From the NCBI GenBank assembly GCA_963803975.1, contig CAWDOY010000047.1, forward strand, positions 112,096 to 176,095: 64,000 nt of DNA. The letters run 5' to 3'. Positions 46,724-58,097 of the stretch are shown piece by piece. Numbering within the stretch: the stretch's first letter is position 1; each line of letters opens with the position of its first letter. Source of the DNA: an uncultured delta proteobacterium. GTDB taxonomy: Bacteria; Desulfobacterota; WTBG01; CAIYCZ01. Under the pieces are notes generated by a model, which saw only the letters and a program-made list of their open reading frames with translations, made no database searches and was not told the DNA's origin. Position numbers and translations under genes: made by a program.

Positions 46724-48952
46724 TCAGGCAAGTATGTTAATGAGTGCCGCGACAACCGTCGGGTCGTAGATTCCTGATTCAGTTTCCCTGACTATCTCAT
46801 CCAGCGCAACAGACCGCTCCCAGGGATCCCGGTAGGGCCTCCATGATATGAGCGCATCATATGCATCAGCTACAGCAATAATTCTTGAGCCCAGGGGAAT
46901 TGCATCCCCTCTGAGTCCATCAGGATAGCCGGTACCGTTGAAATTTTCATGGCTGTGACGGACAATCTTGAGCATATACTCATTTTCATAGCCCATTTTC
47001 CGCTGGGAGTTGGCCCCCTCAACCGGATGCTCCTTAACAAGTTCCATCTCGCGGGGCGTTAGAGTTCCATTCCGGTTTAAAAGGTGATGGGGAACAATCT
47101 CTTTGCCAATGTCTGCTATGTAACCGGAGTGCATGATATCAGTTTTTTCCTTGTCAGACAACCCTAAATAGCCGGCTATGGCATAAGAGAACAGGGCAAC
47201 CATTTTGCCATGGCCAATGCTGCCGTCGAGAGCTTCAACCGGCAGCAGGACATCCTCAGGTATCTGGATAAGGTCCGCAACCGGGCGGTACTGTTCTGCA
47301 AAACGCTGGGAAACCTTACTGCGGTCCTCAAGGGGATCCTTAATGCCCGTAACCTCGTAGGCCTCTATCCGCTGCCGTCTCCCCTTGATATTGATTGAAT
47401 CCTGCTCACGGATTTTTATGCTCGCTTCAGCATACGAGAGTTTGGCGTTTGCATTACTCGGATCAAGCTGCATAGCACGTTCAAAATATTGCAGGGCTTC
47501 AACCGGCTCATTAATTTCCAGATGAATTTTGCCAATACGATAATAGTGCTCGGGGTTATCCGGCTCTGCTGCAGCCTTTGCATGCAACTCCTCAAGGTGC
47601 AGCTCTTTCTCTATATTGACAACATCCCGGGTAGACACATCACGCTTTTTACGGGCATTAATAAACCTGCTTACTGTTTCGTAGGTGTAGCGATCCATTA
47701 AAACCTGCCCCGGTGCGCAGGCTTTCTGCAACCGGGCGCTTATGTTGACCACATCGCCAATTGCGGTATATGACTGACGCTTGTTTCCAACCAGGCCTAT
47801 AATAGTCGTTCCCGAGGCTAAGCCGATGCGCATCTGCCAGGGATACTCCATCCTGGCCATTTTCTCCTGCATTTTAATCGCAGCCAGCACCGCCATCAGA
47901 CGATACATTGAATAATCCAGGGGGGCGCCAAATTCGCTCATGATACCGTCCCCCATGTAGTGGTCAATGTGGCCGTTATACGTGATGAGTATTGGTTCCA
48001 TATCCGCAAAGTAGCGATTGATATCACGGATAACTATTTCAGGAGGATTTACCTCTGAGTAGGTGGTAAAACCAACCAAATCAGAAAAGAGGATGCTGAC
48101 ATTGCGCTTTTCATTCCGCAGCCGGCCTTCGATAAGTAATTTCACCACCGAAGAATCCATGGTTGAGTAGAGGGCCATCTCCACTTTGGCTTTTAACGAT
48201 TCTATTGCCTCTTTTGATTTTTCAAGCTCCTCGGTTCTCTGCTTGACCATCACCTCCAGATTCTCGCTGTATTCACGCAATGAATTATTAGCGCGGTCAA
48301 GCTCTTCGGTGCGCTGCCTGACTTTAGATTCCAGGTTTTCGTTGTAATCCTTAAGTGCTGCATGTGCGTTATTCAGTTCTCCCTGCTGGAATTTAAGTTC
48401 CTGGTTGAGCTGTCGGGTAACAGCTACCTCCATAACCAGTTTTTCTTGAAGCCCGCCCACAATAGCACCGGCAAGAATGAGAAAGCAGCCCCACGTGACA
48501 AGACGGAGATAAAAATAGATTGACTTGGCTTCCGGTATAACTGAGTCCGGATAGATTATTATATAAAGAAACATAACCAGGACGGTTAAAAATGCTGCGA
48601 GCACTGCGTTGCGGCGCCCAAGATAATAGCCGCCCAGGATAATAGGGAGAAAGTAAAAATCAAGAAATGCAAATTTCTGTGGTATCAGGTAATGAATAAC
48701 AAAGGTGGCCGCCAGAATGAGGGAGACAAAAACGATCTCGAAATATTTTCGAATATAAGCACTTAACACAACCCGGGAAATGCATGCGTGCGGCTGCTCC
48801 GCCCCCTTGTTATTGCCTTCCTGGGCAATAGTATTTGCTTCATGTAAGAACATTGTCGACTTGATGTCCACTAACATTGTATTAACACAAATATAAATGC
48901 GTTTTTGTTTTACCGCCAGCCTGTTTGCGCTAAAGGTATTTTCGGAAATCAC
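46724..48952 (-). CDS. Multidomain signalling protein: TM region, coiled coil, class III adenylate/guanylate cyclase, TPR repeats and HD-GYP phosphodiesterase
   Basis: 4-5 TM helices, heptad repeats (NLESKVRQRTEELDRANNSLREYSENLEVMVKQRTEELEK). Cyclase motifs FSDLVGFT, MGDGIMSEFGAP, IGLASGTTIIGLVG. TPR-like YYRIGKIHLEINEPVEALQYFERAMQLDPSNANAK. HD-GYP region HH..NGTGYPDGLRG. Confidence 0.75.
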   Translation of the reverse strand: MISENTFSANRLAVKQKRIYICVNTMLVDIKSTMFLHEANTIAQEGNNKGAEQPHACISRVVLSAYIRKYFEIVFVSLILAATFVIHYLIPQKFAFLDFYFLPIILGGYYLGRRNAVLAAFLTVLVMFLYIIIYPDSVIPEAKSIYFYLRLVTWGCFLILAGAIVGGLQEKLVMEVAVTRQLNQELKFQQGELNNAHAALKDYNENLESKVRQRTEELDRANNSLREYSENLEVMVKQRTEELEKSKEAIESLKAKVEMALYSTMDSSVVKLLIEGRLRNEKRNVSILFSDLVGFTTYSEVNPPEIVIRDINRYFADMEPILITYNGHIDHYMGDGIMSEFGAPLDYSMYRLMAVLAAIKMQEKMARMEYPWQMRIGLASGTTIIGLVGNKRQSYTAIGDVVNISARLQKACAPGQVLMDRYTYETVSRFINARKKRDVSTRDVVNIEKELHLEELHAKAAAEPDNPEHYYRIGKIHLEINEPVEALQYFERAMQLDPSNANAKLSYAEASIKIREQDSINIKGRRQRIEAYEVTGIKDPLEDRSKVSQRFAEQYRPVADLIQIPEDVLLPVEALDGSIGHGKMVALFSYAIAGYLGLSDKEKTDIMHSGYIADIGKEIVPHHLLNRNGTLTPREMELVKEHPVEGANSQRKMGYENEYMLKIVRHSHENFNGTGYPDGLRGDAIPLGSRIIAVADAYDALISWRPYRDPWERSVALDEIVRETESGIYDPTVVAALINILA

Positions 48953-49239
48953 ATATAATTACTTTAAATAAAATAAATACCGTGTAATCTTTTGCCGATT
49001 CTTCGCGATGTTCTGTGGTGCAGGAGTTGCGAGTTACCTTCAGGTACTGCTTTTGTTACCCACGGTATAAGACCAGAATAGTCATGTAATACCGGCAATA
49101 AGCGCATCCCTGTCTCATGAAAAGTAATTCCATGGTACCTGATAATTTTTATAAACTTTAATACCGGGATACCGATAGAGACAAGCGGGGAAACCTCAGA
49201 AGATAAGAGTAACAAAATTATAAAAGGCGATGAGGTTTA

Positions 49240-49566
49240 ATGCAAAATCCAATATTAAAAGGAAACAATCGATCCTGGCAGAGGTTTAATGTACTGCTGA
49301 AGACCCGGTATTTACTGGATGATTTCAGCTGGTACCGGGAGGGCGTTATTATTGACATAAGCAGACAGGGTGCATCTATAAACCTGCCGATTGATGAAAA
49401 TGTAGCACTGGGTAATAGTATTATTCTGGAGATAATTACCAAACAATTGGAAAGCATTACCATGAATGGAGAAATTACCTGGATTAAGCAATTTGAAAAG
49501 GCCTTTCTTATTGGCGTCCAGTTCAAGAAGCTGCTTGATTTTCGTCTGCTGGGGAAAATATATTAA
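49240..49566 (+). CDS. PilZ-domain protein (c-di-GMP receptor)
   Basis: RSWQRF (RxxxR) and DISRQGAS (D/NxSxxG) motifs. 108 aa. Divergent from the cyclase/HD-GYP gene. Confidence 0.7.
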   Translation: MQNPILKGNNRSWQRFNVLLKTRYLLDDFSWYREGVIIDISRQGASINLPIDENVALGNSIILEIITKQLESITMNGEITWIKQFEKAFLIGVQFKKLLDFRLLGKIY

Positions 49567-49732
49567 AATCCGTCTTTTTTGCTAGTACATAGCTGCCAGT
49601 TAATCTCTGCACCTTTTACCTGTCCTGTTAAAAAAATCCTTTCTATCTTAATCAAGGTTGATTAATATTACTTTGTTATCGATCAGTTGCTGTACTAACG
49701 AATCCCTCGATGAATGAAACATAGCGATTGTA

Positions 49733-50701
49733 ATGCACCATGGGTATCGCATGAAAGCTCTTGTCTTTGATGGTAATCTAAAACTGCTCCACGACCTCCC
49801 CCTTCCCGTGAGGGCTGCAGGTGAAGCGCTCATTAAAGTTTGCATGGCGGGCATCTGTCAGACTGATCTTGAAATAACCAGAGGGTATATGACATTTCAT
49901 GGCACCCTTGGCCATGAATTTGTCGGCGTTGTCGTGGCGTCAGACGACCCGTTGTTAACAGGGAAAAGGGTGGTGGGCGAGATTAACTGTGTCTGTGGCT
50001 CCTGTGCGAGCTGTATCTCGGGAAGGTATCGCCACTGTACCCGCAGAACAGTGCTGGGGATTGCCGGGAAAGACGGCGCCTTTGCTGAATATTTGGTCCT
50101 GCCTGAAAAGAACCTCCACCTGGTGCCTGACACTATCAGCAATGAAGAAGCAGTCTTTGTTGAACCGCTTGCTGCGTGCTATAGAATCCTCGAGCAAGTC
50201 ACCCTGCAAAAAGAGCATACGGTGCTGGTCCTGGGCGATGGGAGACTGGGGCTCCTGTGTGCCCAGGTTTTAAAAACAGCTCAATGCCGGGTGACACTTA
50301 TGGGTAAGCACCGGGAAAAGCTTTCCCTGTTAGAGGGGATGGGCATTAACTCCGGATTGATACATGAAGCGACCGGGGAACTCTTCGATATGGTGGCGGA
50401 CTGCACGGGTTCACCGGAGGGGCTTCCGTTTGCCTTACAGGTTATTAAACCTCAGGGAATTATTGTCGTCAAGACAACGATTGCCGCGCGCCGATCTATT
50501 GACCTGAACAGCATGGTTATTAATGAAATTCAGATACTGGGTTCCCGCTGCGGACCGTTTCCGCCTGCAATTCAGGCCCTGGAGAAAAGACAGATCATGG
50601 TATCCCCCCTTATCTCGCAAATCTTTGCCTTTAACGATGCCGTGGCAGGATTTCATGCAGCAACGCAAAAGGGAGCTCTCAAGATACTGCTGCACCTGTA
50701 A
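49733..50701 (+). CDS. Zinc-dependent alcohol dehydrogenase (MDR family; threonine/sorbitol dehydrogenase-like)
   Basis: Catalytic Zn ligands GHEFVGVV, structural Zn CxxCxxC...C (CGSCASCISGRYRHC), GxGxxG LVLGDGRLG. Likely start MKALVFDG at 49751. Confidence 0.8.
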   Translation: MHHGYRMKALVFDGNLKLLHDLPLPVRAAGEALIKVCMAGICQTDLEITRGYMTFHGTLGHEFVGVVVASDDPLLTGKRVVGEINCVCGSCASCISGRYRHCTRRTVLGIAGKDGAFAEYLVLPEKNLHLVPDTISNEEAVFVEPLAACYRILEQVTLQKEHTVLVLGDGRLGLLCAQVLKTAQCRVTLMGKHREKLSLLEGMGINSGLIHEATGELFDMVADCTGSPEGLPFALQVIKPQGIIVVKTTIAARRSIDLNSMVINEIQILGSRCGPFPPAIQALEKRQIMVSPLISQIFAFNDAVAGFHAATQKGALKILLHL

Positions 50702-50712
50702 TTTTAATTGAC

Positions 50713-51486
50713 ATGACTGCTGTTTTAGCCAATAAATACATTAACATGATACTAAACAAACATACCCGGTATATGGTTGGAGCATTAAAAACCCTCATAG
50801 CACTTTCACTGGCACTGGGTCTGCTTGCTTTATGCAACAGGCCGGCTTTCGCGGCAAAAGAACCTGAAAATCAGTCGGCTGAGGAAGTGATTGAAGGCAT
50901 GGTTAAGTTTTCAGGAGGGCTCATGAGCGTACAGGCACGGGACTCGCGGCCAGAAGAGCTCATGAAGGAAGTGGGAGAAAAGTGTTCAATTAAAATCGTC
51001 CTCTACGGAGATGTTTTCACCGATACTCCCGTGAGCATCCAGTTCCAACAGGTTCCGCTCCGTCAGGGAATAGAGCGTATACTGAGAACGGCAAGAATTA
51101 AAAACCACCTCACCCATTTTGGTGAGACCGATGAAAACCGTGAGCGGATTGTGCAGCTTGATCTTATTGGCAAAAAAGGCGGGCAACGGGAATTGACCAG
51201 CGGATCTTATCCGCAGCTGAAAAAACAGCTCGCTGAGCAGATTAAAGCACCTACCGAGAATACTCAGCCTAAAGTTGTGCCGCCGCAGATGGGCAAAGAT
51301 GATGCAGAACGGATGCAGCAGAATTTCCTGAATATGATGGATCAGATTTTGGAACAGAAGTTTGAAAAAGGGGAAGAGCCCGATCCAACGGCGATACTGC
51401 AGCTGTTCAATGATATGGTCCCTCCTGAGATGAGGGATAAAATTCCTCCGGAAGTTCTGGAGCAGATGGAAAAGCTGAAAGAGTAA
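50713..51486 (+). CDS. Secreted hypothetical protein
   Basis: Signal peptide ...LALGLLALCNRPAFA. Charged C-terminal half, no recognisable domain. Confidence 0.45.
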   Translation: MTAVLANKYINMILNKHTRYMVGALKTLIALSLALGLLALCNRPAFAAKEPENQSAEEVIEGMVKFSGGLMSVQARDSRPEELMKEVGEKCSIKIVLYGDVFTDTPVSIQFQQVPLRQGIERILRTARIKNHLTHFGETDENRERIVQLDLIGKKGGQRELTSGSYPQLKKQLAEQIKAPTENTQPKVVPPQMGKDDAERMQQNFLNMMDQILEQKFEKGEEPDPTAILQLFNDMVPPEMRDKIPPEVLEQMEKLKE

Positions 51487-51499
51487 CGTGCTCATCCGC

Positions 51500-52085
51500 C
51501 TATTTCAGGCGGGGATTCCCTCCATTAACCCACCAGTCGCCCTTATCCTTGAACCACCACGATGTTGAATCTGTCGCAAGAATGGCCCGGGCCAGAACCT
51601 GCGCCCGTTCAGTCCTGAGCCTTTTAATGGCAAATGCAAGCCACTCATCCGCATAGGTGTTGCCCAGGTCCTTGTATTCCTTCAGCATCAGTATGAGCTC
51701 AAGCTGGTCAGCATCATTGGCAATCTGCGCTTCTCTGGTCTCAGCCCGGTTAAATTCCTCAATGATGCTCTGTATGTCATCACCAAACGGAATGGTTTCC
51801 GCCAGGTCGCGGACGGCCTTCTTTTCATCAGCAATGACATACTTTTTGTTTACATAGTTAAGGTCCCCGGTACGCGCCTCAGGAAGGTCATGGAGAAAGC
51901 ACATCTTCAACACCTTCATTTCATCCACATCCTGTTCCATGCGGGCAAGCGCATAGCCGATATAAATCGACGCGGAAGACATGTTCTGCAACCGACTCTT
52001 CTCCTGACCCTAAAAATTGCAGCCCCGTTCGCGGCGTTCTTTTCAGCATCCCCACTTCAAAAAGGAAGTTGGCAATATTCTCCAT
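51500..52085 (-). CDS. HD-domain 5'-deoxynucleotidase-like protein (YfbR-like), frameshifted
   Basis: N-terminus MENIANFLFEVGMLKRTPRTGLQFLGSGEESVAEH (other frame), then HDLPEARTGDL, DADQLEL. Confidence 0.6.
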
Positions 52086-52239
52086 TTGGTTCTCCGTTAT
52101 ATCTCACCGCAGAGAACGCAGAGATCGTCAGGAGGTATGAAACAAATTAAATCAGGGTAACCAATTCTATCAAATTAAACAATAATTAATCCCTAACTCC
52201 TGCGCTCATTAACTGCGTACTCGCTGCGGTGAACAGTTT

Positions 52240-53330
52240 TCAGCTCATGAGATATGCTTCGATGAAGCCGTCAAGTTCGCCGCCCAGCACCGCGTCAACG
52301 TTGCCCATCTCCTTGCCGGTGCGGTGGTCCTTCACCATCTGATAGGGCTGAAGGATATAGGAGCGGATCTGGCTGCCCCAGGCTATCTGTTTCTTTGATG
52401 CATTGATCTTATCCAGTTCCTTCTCGCGCTCCTCCATTTCCTTCTCATACAGGCGCGCCTTCAGCAGCTTCATGGCCGTGGCGCGGTTCATGTGCTGGGA
52501 GCGCTCGTTCTGGCACTGCACCACGATGCCGCTGGGAAGGTGCGTAATGCGCACCGCGGAATCGGTCTTGTTGACATGCTGCCCACCGGCGCCGCTGGCG
52601 CGATAGGTGTCAACCCGCAGGTCCTTGTCGTCAATTTCTATGACCACATCGTCTTCGATGTCGGGATAGACGAACAGCGAGGCAAACGAGGTGTGCCGCC
52701 GCGCGTTGGCATCAAAGGGGGAGATGCGCACCAGCCGGTGTATGCCGATTTCCGCCTTTAAATAGCCGTAGGCATAATCGCCGTTCACGATGAAGGTTGC
52801 GCTTTTTATGCCGGCTTCTTCGCCCTGCAGGATATCAACCAGCTCGGTCTTGAAGCCTCTTTTCTCCGCCCAGCGCAGATACATGCGGAGCATCATCTCC
52901 GCCCAGTCCTGGGCCTCGGTGCCGCCGGCCCCGGCATGAATGCTGACGATGGCGTTATTAAGATCATTCTCACCGCTCAGCATCTTCTTGAACTCAAGCT
53001 CCGCCACCTCCTGCTCAATCCGGCCGGTGCTCTGCTCAAGATCCGCGGCCACGTCCTCTTCAGCCCCCTCTCGGGCCAGTTCCAGAAGCACGTGGCTGTC
53101 TTCTACCTCCTGCTCCAGCTTGTTCCACAGGGCGAGAACGTTTTCGATGGTTTTCCGTTCCTTGGATATTTTTTGCGCGTTCTTTGTGTCTGACCAGAAA
53201 TCAGACTCGTCCGATCTCCTTATCGAGCTCCTGAATGCGCGTCTTTTTCTGAGTTATTTCAAAGATACCCCCGCAGCGTTTCCATTCTCTGCTCCAGGGA
53301 ACTGATTTTTTCTTCCCACTGATTTAGCAT
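52240..53330 (-). CDS. prfB: Peptide chain release factor 2, with the conserved programmed +1 frameshift site (plus one additional shift)
   Basis: Leader ORF MLNQWEEKISSLEQRMETLRGYL ends at CTT TGA (TGA at 53259-53261), preceded by the SD-like GGGGG (GGGGGTATCTTTGA, identical to the E. coli recoding site). Downstream SPF, GGQHVN and RITHLPSGIVVQCQ motifs. Confidence 0.85.
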
Positions 53331-53357
53331 GGCTGTTCTCCCGTATAATGAAAATGT

Positions 53358-54892
53358 TTAAAATTGTTTTTGCCGGCCCCGTGCCGTGATGAACGTTATG
53401 CCCAGTACCGCAAGGCTCAGGAGCGTGCACAGAAGCGCAAAAATATCCCCGAAGCGCGAATAAAAGGTCAGTTCTTTTTCCAGTAAAATAATACCAGCTA
53501 AAGATGCCGGAGTAAAGAGTTTGCTTTGCTGCACGATTCTTCCGCTGGCATCAATAATAGCGCTGATGCCGGTGTTGGCGGCGCGGGCGACAAAGCGGCG
53601 GTTCTCAACCGCGCGCAGCACCACCATGGACAGGTGCTGATAGGGCGCAGCAGTGCGGCCGAACCAGGCGTCATTGGTTATGTTGACCAGAAAGGCTGCT
53701 CCATTCCTTTACAAACCGGCGCACCAGGTCCGGAAATATTATTTCATAGCAGATAAGCGTTCCAAAGCTGCCCCCGGGGAAGCTCAGGTTTTTAACTTCG
53801 CGGCCGGAAGTAAAATCCCCGATACCGACCACCATCTTGTCAATGAACGGGAACAGCTGCTTGAGCGGGACGTATTCACCATAGGGCACCAGATGAATTT
53901 TATCATAGCGCCCGTTAATGGTTCCCTCCGGAGAAACCAGAAACGCGCTGTTAAAATAGTGCGTTTCATTACCGTCATTCTCCCACGCCGGGCTTCCCAG
54001 CAGCAGATATGCACCCAGCCCTGCGCGCAACCGCGGCCACCATTTCCTGATACAGCTTTTCGGACTGAAAAAAGAACGGGGTTGCTGCTTCCGGCCAGAT
54101 AACAAGCGCAGGCTTCTCCGGGGCAGCGGCCAGGGTCAGACTGCTGTAGATGGTCATGGTCTCATCAAGAAATGCAGGGTTCCACTTTACGTCCTGCGCA
54201 ATGTTCCCCTGTACCAGCGCAACCGTCAGCTTTTCACCCTCCTGCCGGTCATAGCGCTCCAGCCGCGCCCGGCCATACAGCAATGAAGCTGCCAGCAGCA
54301 AAACCGTAATGGCAATCAGCTTATACGGAACGGTTTTTTTCAGCGCGAAGGTTTCCAGAAGAACAAAAATGACCCCGTTTACCAGAACCAGTAAGAAGCT
54401 GATGCCATAGACGCCGGTTATATCCGCAATCTGTATCACCGGAAGCGCCAGGAACTGGGAGTAGCCGAGGTTCTCCCAGGGAAAACCGGTAAGAAACCAC
54501 GATTTTATGTATTCGCCTGCAGTCCAGAAAAACGGCAGCGTCGCAATGACAGCGATTCCCTGCCTGCGTTCCACATAGCAGCTGCACCACACCGGAGCCC
54601 CGATAAAAAGGCTCAGGTAGGCGGCAAATAAAATGAGCACCAGAATTGAGAGCGCAGCGTTCATTTTACCATAGGTGGTCATGGAGACCGTCACCCAGTA
54701 GACCAGGCCCAGGTTAAACACCAGTCCGGTAACCGCGCCAAGAATACAGCCCTGCGAGGCATCCTTGCCCCTGACCGCCCAGAGCAGCGGCACAAGGCTC
54801 ACCCAGGCCAGGGCAAACAGGTTCCATTGGGGAAAGCTGAGGATCAGCAGCAGGCCTGAAATGGAAGCTAATAAATAGTCTTTTACCTTCAT
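53358..54892 (-). CDS. lnt: Apolipoprotein N-acyltransferase, split by two frameshifts
   Basis: N-terminal 6-TM region, then a CN-hydrolase domain (ALVQGNI...WPE...ICYE..F). The three pieces are 53975-54892, 53671-54105 and 53358-53627. Confidence 0.8.
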
Positions 54893-55016
54893 TACTCTTG
54901 AAAAATACTTGCCATTATGACTTCATCTGTATTAGAGTGTAGACCCTGTCGAATAGAATCGAGCGCTGACCTGCACACCATTTCATGTATATGATTAAAT
55001 TCTTACAGGAGTTTTT

Positions 55017-56691
55017 ATGACCAGCCAGCCCTGGCTTTCATCATATGACCGGGAAGTGCCTGCATCGATTGAGTATCCGGACCTGCTCATCCATCAGCTC
55101 TTTGAAAAAGCAGCGGGCCGGTTCCCTGACCATACGGCACTCAATTTTTTTGGCCATGTAATAAGCTACCGCGAGCTGCAGGAAACAATCCTGCGCTTTG
55201 CCGGAGTGCTGCAGAGCCTTGGTGTTAAGCCGCGGGACCGGGTGGTCCTTTTTCTGCCCAATACTCCCCACATGGTAATTTCATTTTATGCAGCGCTTTC
55301 TATTGGTGCCATGGTAGTGCCCACCAACCCGCTCTATACTGAAAAAGAGCTCGCGTTTCAGATAACTGATGCCGGGGCAGAAACACTTATCACACTGGAC
55401 CTTCTCTATGCAAGAGTAAACAGCATAAAAACCCGCACTCCCCTGAAGAGAATCATCGTGGGGAAAATCGAGGATTACCTGCCGCCGCTGAAAAAAATTC
55501 TCTTTCCTATTATAGGCAAAAAGGGCGTTGATGTTCCGGCCATAGAGGAATCCGAAGAACTGTTCCTGTTCCAGCATCTGCTGCGCAAAAAAACTGCCCC
55601 GCTGGTTGCGCCGGACACAAAACCGGGAGATACCGCGCTGCTGCAGTATACCGGCGGTACCACCGGCACCTCTAAAGGCGCCATGCTCAGCCACCGGAAC
55701 ATTGTAGTAAACAATGCGCAAATGCGCCACTGGTATTTTGTGGCGAGAGAGGGCCAGGAGACGTTTATCTCCGTGCTGCCCTTTTTCCATTCTTACGGCA
55801 TGGCGGCGGCGCTGAGCCTGCCGCTTTCACTCGGCGCAACCCTCATCCTGATACCACGCTATGTCCCGAAAGATGTCTTAAAAGCAGTAGAGCATTGCTA
55901 AGGCAACATTTCTCCCGGGCATCCCGGCAATTTATGCCTCCCTCAATGCCTATAAGGATATAAAAAAGTACGATGTCTCGAGCGTCGCGTACTGCATTTC
56001 CGGATCAGCCCCGCTTCCTGACACCGTGCTCAATGACTTCGAGCGTTTAACCGGCGGCATTATCATTGAAGGATACGGGCTCACGGAAGCATCTCCGGTA
56101 ACCCATTGCAATGCCATCGGCAAAAGAAAAATCGGCAGCATCGGCTTGCCGGTGCCGGACACTGACTGTAAAATCGTCGATATTGAAACGGGGACGGAGG
56201 TTCCCCCCGGTGAAGAAGGCGAGCTGTGTATCAGGGGGCCGCAGGTCATGCAGGGCTACTGGCAGAAGCCGGAAGAAACGGCCCAGGTTATTCGGGACGG
56301 ATGGCTCTACACCGGGGACATCGCGCGCATGGATGAAGAGGGGTTTTTCTACATCGTGGAGCGGAAAAAGGACATGATCATATCAGAGGGGTATAATGTC
56401 TACCCGCGTGAGATTGACGAGTTTCTGATGACCCATCCCAGTGTGCGCGACGCTGCCGTCATCGGCGTGCCTGATGAGCTGCGGGGCGAAAAAGTTATAG
56501 CCTATGTTATCCTGAAGGAGGGCTGCAGCGCCACCCAGGAGGAGATTATAAAATACTGCCGGGATAATCTTGCCAAATATAAAATCCCGAAAAAAATTAT
56601 TTTTAAGGACGAACTCCCCAAAACCATGGTCGGCAAGGTGCTGCGCAGGGTGCTGCGGGAGGAGGAATGCAAGACGGCAGATGCCGTTTGA
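55017..56691 (+). CDS. fadD: Long-chain-fatty-acid--CoA ligase (AMP-binding family), one frameshift near 55895
   Basis: [13 protein letters not shown]-loop, [50 protein letters not shown]. Extra t in gagcattgctaaggc. Confidence 0.8.
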
Positions 56692-56801
56692 TTTCCGGAT
56701 TAAACACCTCGCCGGGAGCATTGCAACAGAAGTAACCGCATACAATTTTATTTTCTAACGCTGAAAGCTGAACGCATCTGGCTTTCAGCCGGAGCACTGC
56801 C

Positions 56802-58040
56802 ATGATAGATCGCTACGCACGCGACATAATGAAAAAAATATGGTCTCCCGAGAACCGCTTTCAAAAGTGGCTTGCGATTGAGATTGCTGCCTGCGAAGCG
56901 CTCTGCACACTGGGCCTGGTGCCGGAACCGGCGCTGAAAAATATTAAAGAGAAGGCGCGCTTTGACATCAAGAGGATTGATGAGATTGAGCAGGTTACCC
57001 GGCACGATGTTATCGCCTTTACCACCTGCGTGGCGGAATATGTGGGTGAAGATGCCCGCTATATACACTGGGGCCTGACCTCGTCTGATGTTCTTGATAC
57101 CTCTTTCTCCCTGCTGCTGAAAGAATCCGCTGAAGTAATTCTTAAGGATATTGACGATTTTCTTGCCGTGCTCAAAGACAAGGCCCTGCAGTATAAAGAC
57201 ACCGCCATGATCGGCCGCACCCACGGTATACACGCCGAGCCGATCACCTTCGGCCTCAAACTGGCGGTCTGGTATGACGAGATGAAGCGGCACCGGAAGC
57301 GCATGGAGCGAGCCAGGGAAAATATCAGCTATGGCAAAATCTCGGGCGCGGTGGGCACCTTTGCCTACAATCCTCCGTTTGTGGAACAGCATGTCTGTGA
57401 AAAATGCGGCCTCAAGCCCGCCCCGATCTCGACGCAGATACTCCAGCGCGACCTGCACGCCGAGTACTTCACCACCCTGGCCCTTATCGGCAGCTCGCTC
57501 GATAAGTTTGCCACTGAGATACGGCATCTGCAGCGCACCGAGGTCTCGGAAGCGTCGGAATTCTTTTCCGCCGGTCAGAAGGGTTCCTCTGCCATGCCCC
57601 ACAAGCAGAACCCCATCCTGTCAGAAAATATCTCGGGCCTGGCCCGTATTCTGCGCGGCAACGCGCTTGCTGCCATGGAAAATGTAGCGCTGTGGCACGA
57701 GCGTGACATCAGCCACTCTTCTGTTGAGCGGGTCATCGGTCCCGACAGCACCACCCTGCTCGACTTCATGCTGGTCAGGTTCACCGGTCTCATTAAAAAT
57801 CTGCTCGTGTACCCGGAAAAGATGATGGCAAACATGAACATCACCCGGGGGATATTTTTTTCACAGAAATTGCTGCTTGAGCTTACCCAGCGCGGAATGA
57901 CCCGTGAAGACGCGTACCGGCTGGTGCAGAAAAACGCGCTGCAGGCATGGAGTGAGCAGAAGGATTTTATGGAGTTAGTCCAGGGCGACCCTGAAATTAC
58001 CCGGGTTCTTGCCAAAGAAGAAATCGCCGCATGCCTGTGA
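56802..58040 (+). CDS. purB: Adenylosuccinate lyase
   Basis: Fumarate-lyase signature GSSAMPHKQNP, 412 aa. Confidence 0.9.
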   Translation: MIDRYARDIMKKIWSPENRFQKWLAIEIAACEALCTLGLVPEPALKNIKEKARFDIKRIDEIEQVTRHDVIAFTTCVAEYVGEDARYIHWGLTSSDVLDTSFSLLLKESAEVILKDIDDFLAVLKDKALQYKDTAMIGRTHGIHAEPITFGLKLAVWYDEMKRHRKRMERARENISYGKISGAVGTFAYNPPFVEQHVCEKCGLKPAPISTQILQRDLHAEYFTTLALIGSSLDKFATEIRHLQRTEVSEASEFFSAGQKGSSAMPHKQNPILSENISGLARILRGNALAAMENVALWHERDISHSSVERVIGPDSTTLLDFMLVRFTGLIKNLLVYPEKMMANMNITRGIFFSQKLLLELTQRGMTREDAYRLVQKNALQAWSEQKDFMELVQGDPEITRVLAKEEIAACL

Positions 58041-58097
58041 TATCCGCTTCTTTTTCCGGCACGTCGATGAAATATTTAAACGGGTCTTTGCCGAAGG

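Noticed and set aside
56748-57602. 284-aa minus-strand ORF
   Set aside because: Antisense to purB, which has the unmistakable fumarate-lyase signature. Shadow ORF in GC-rich DNA.
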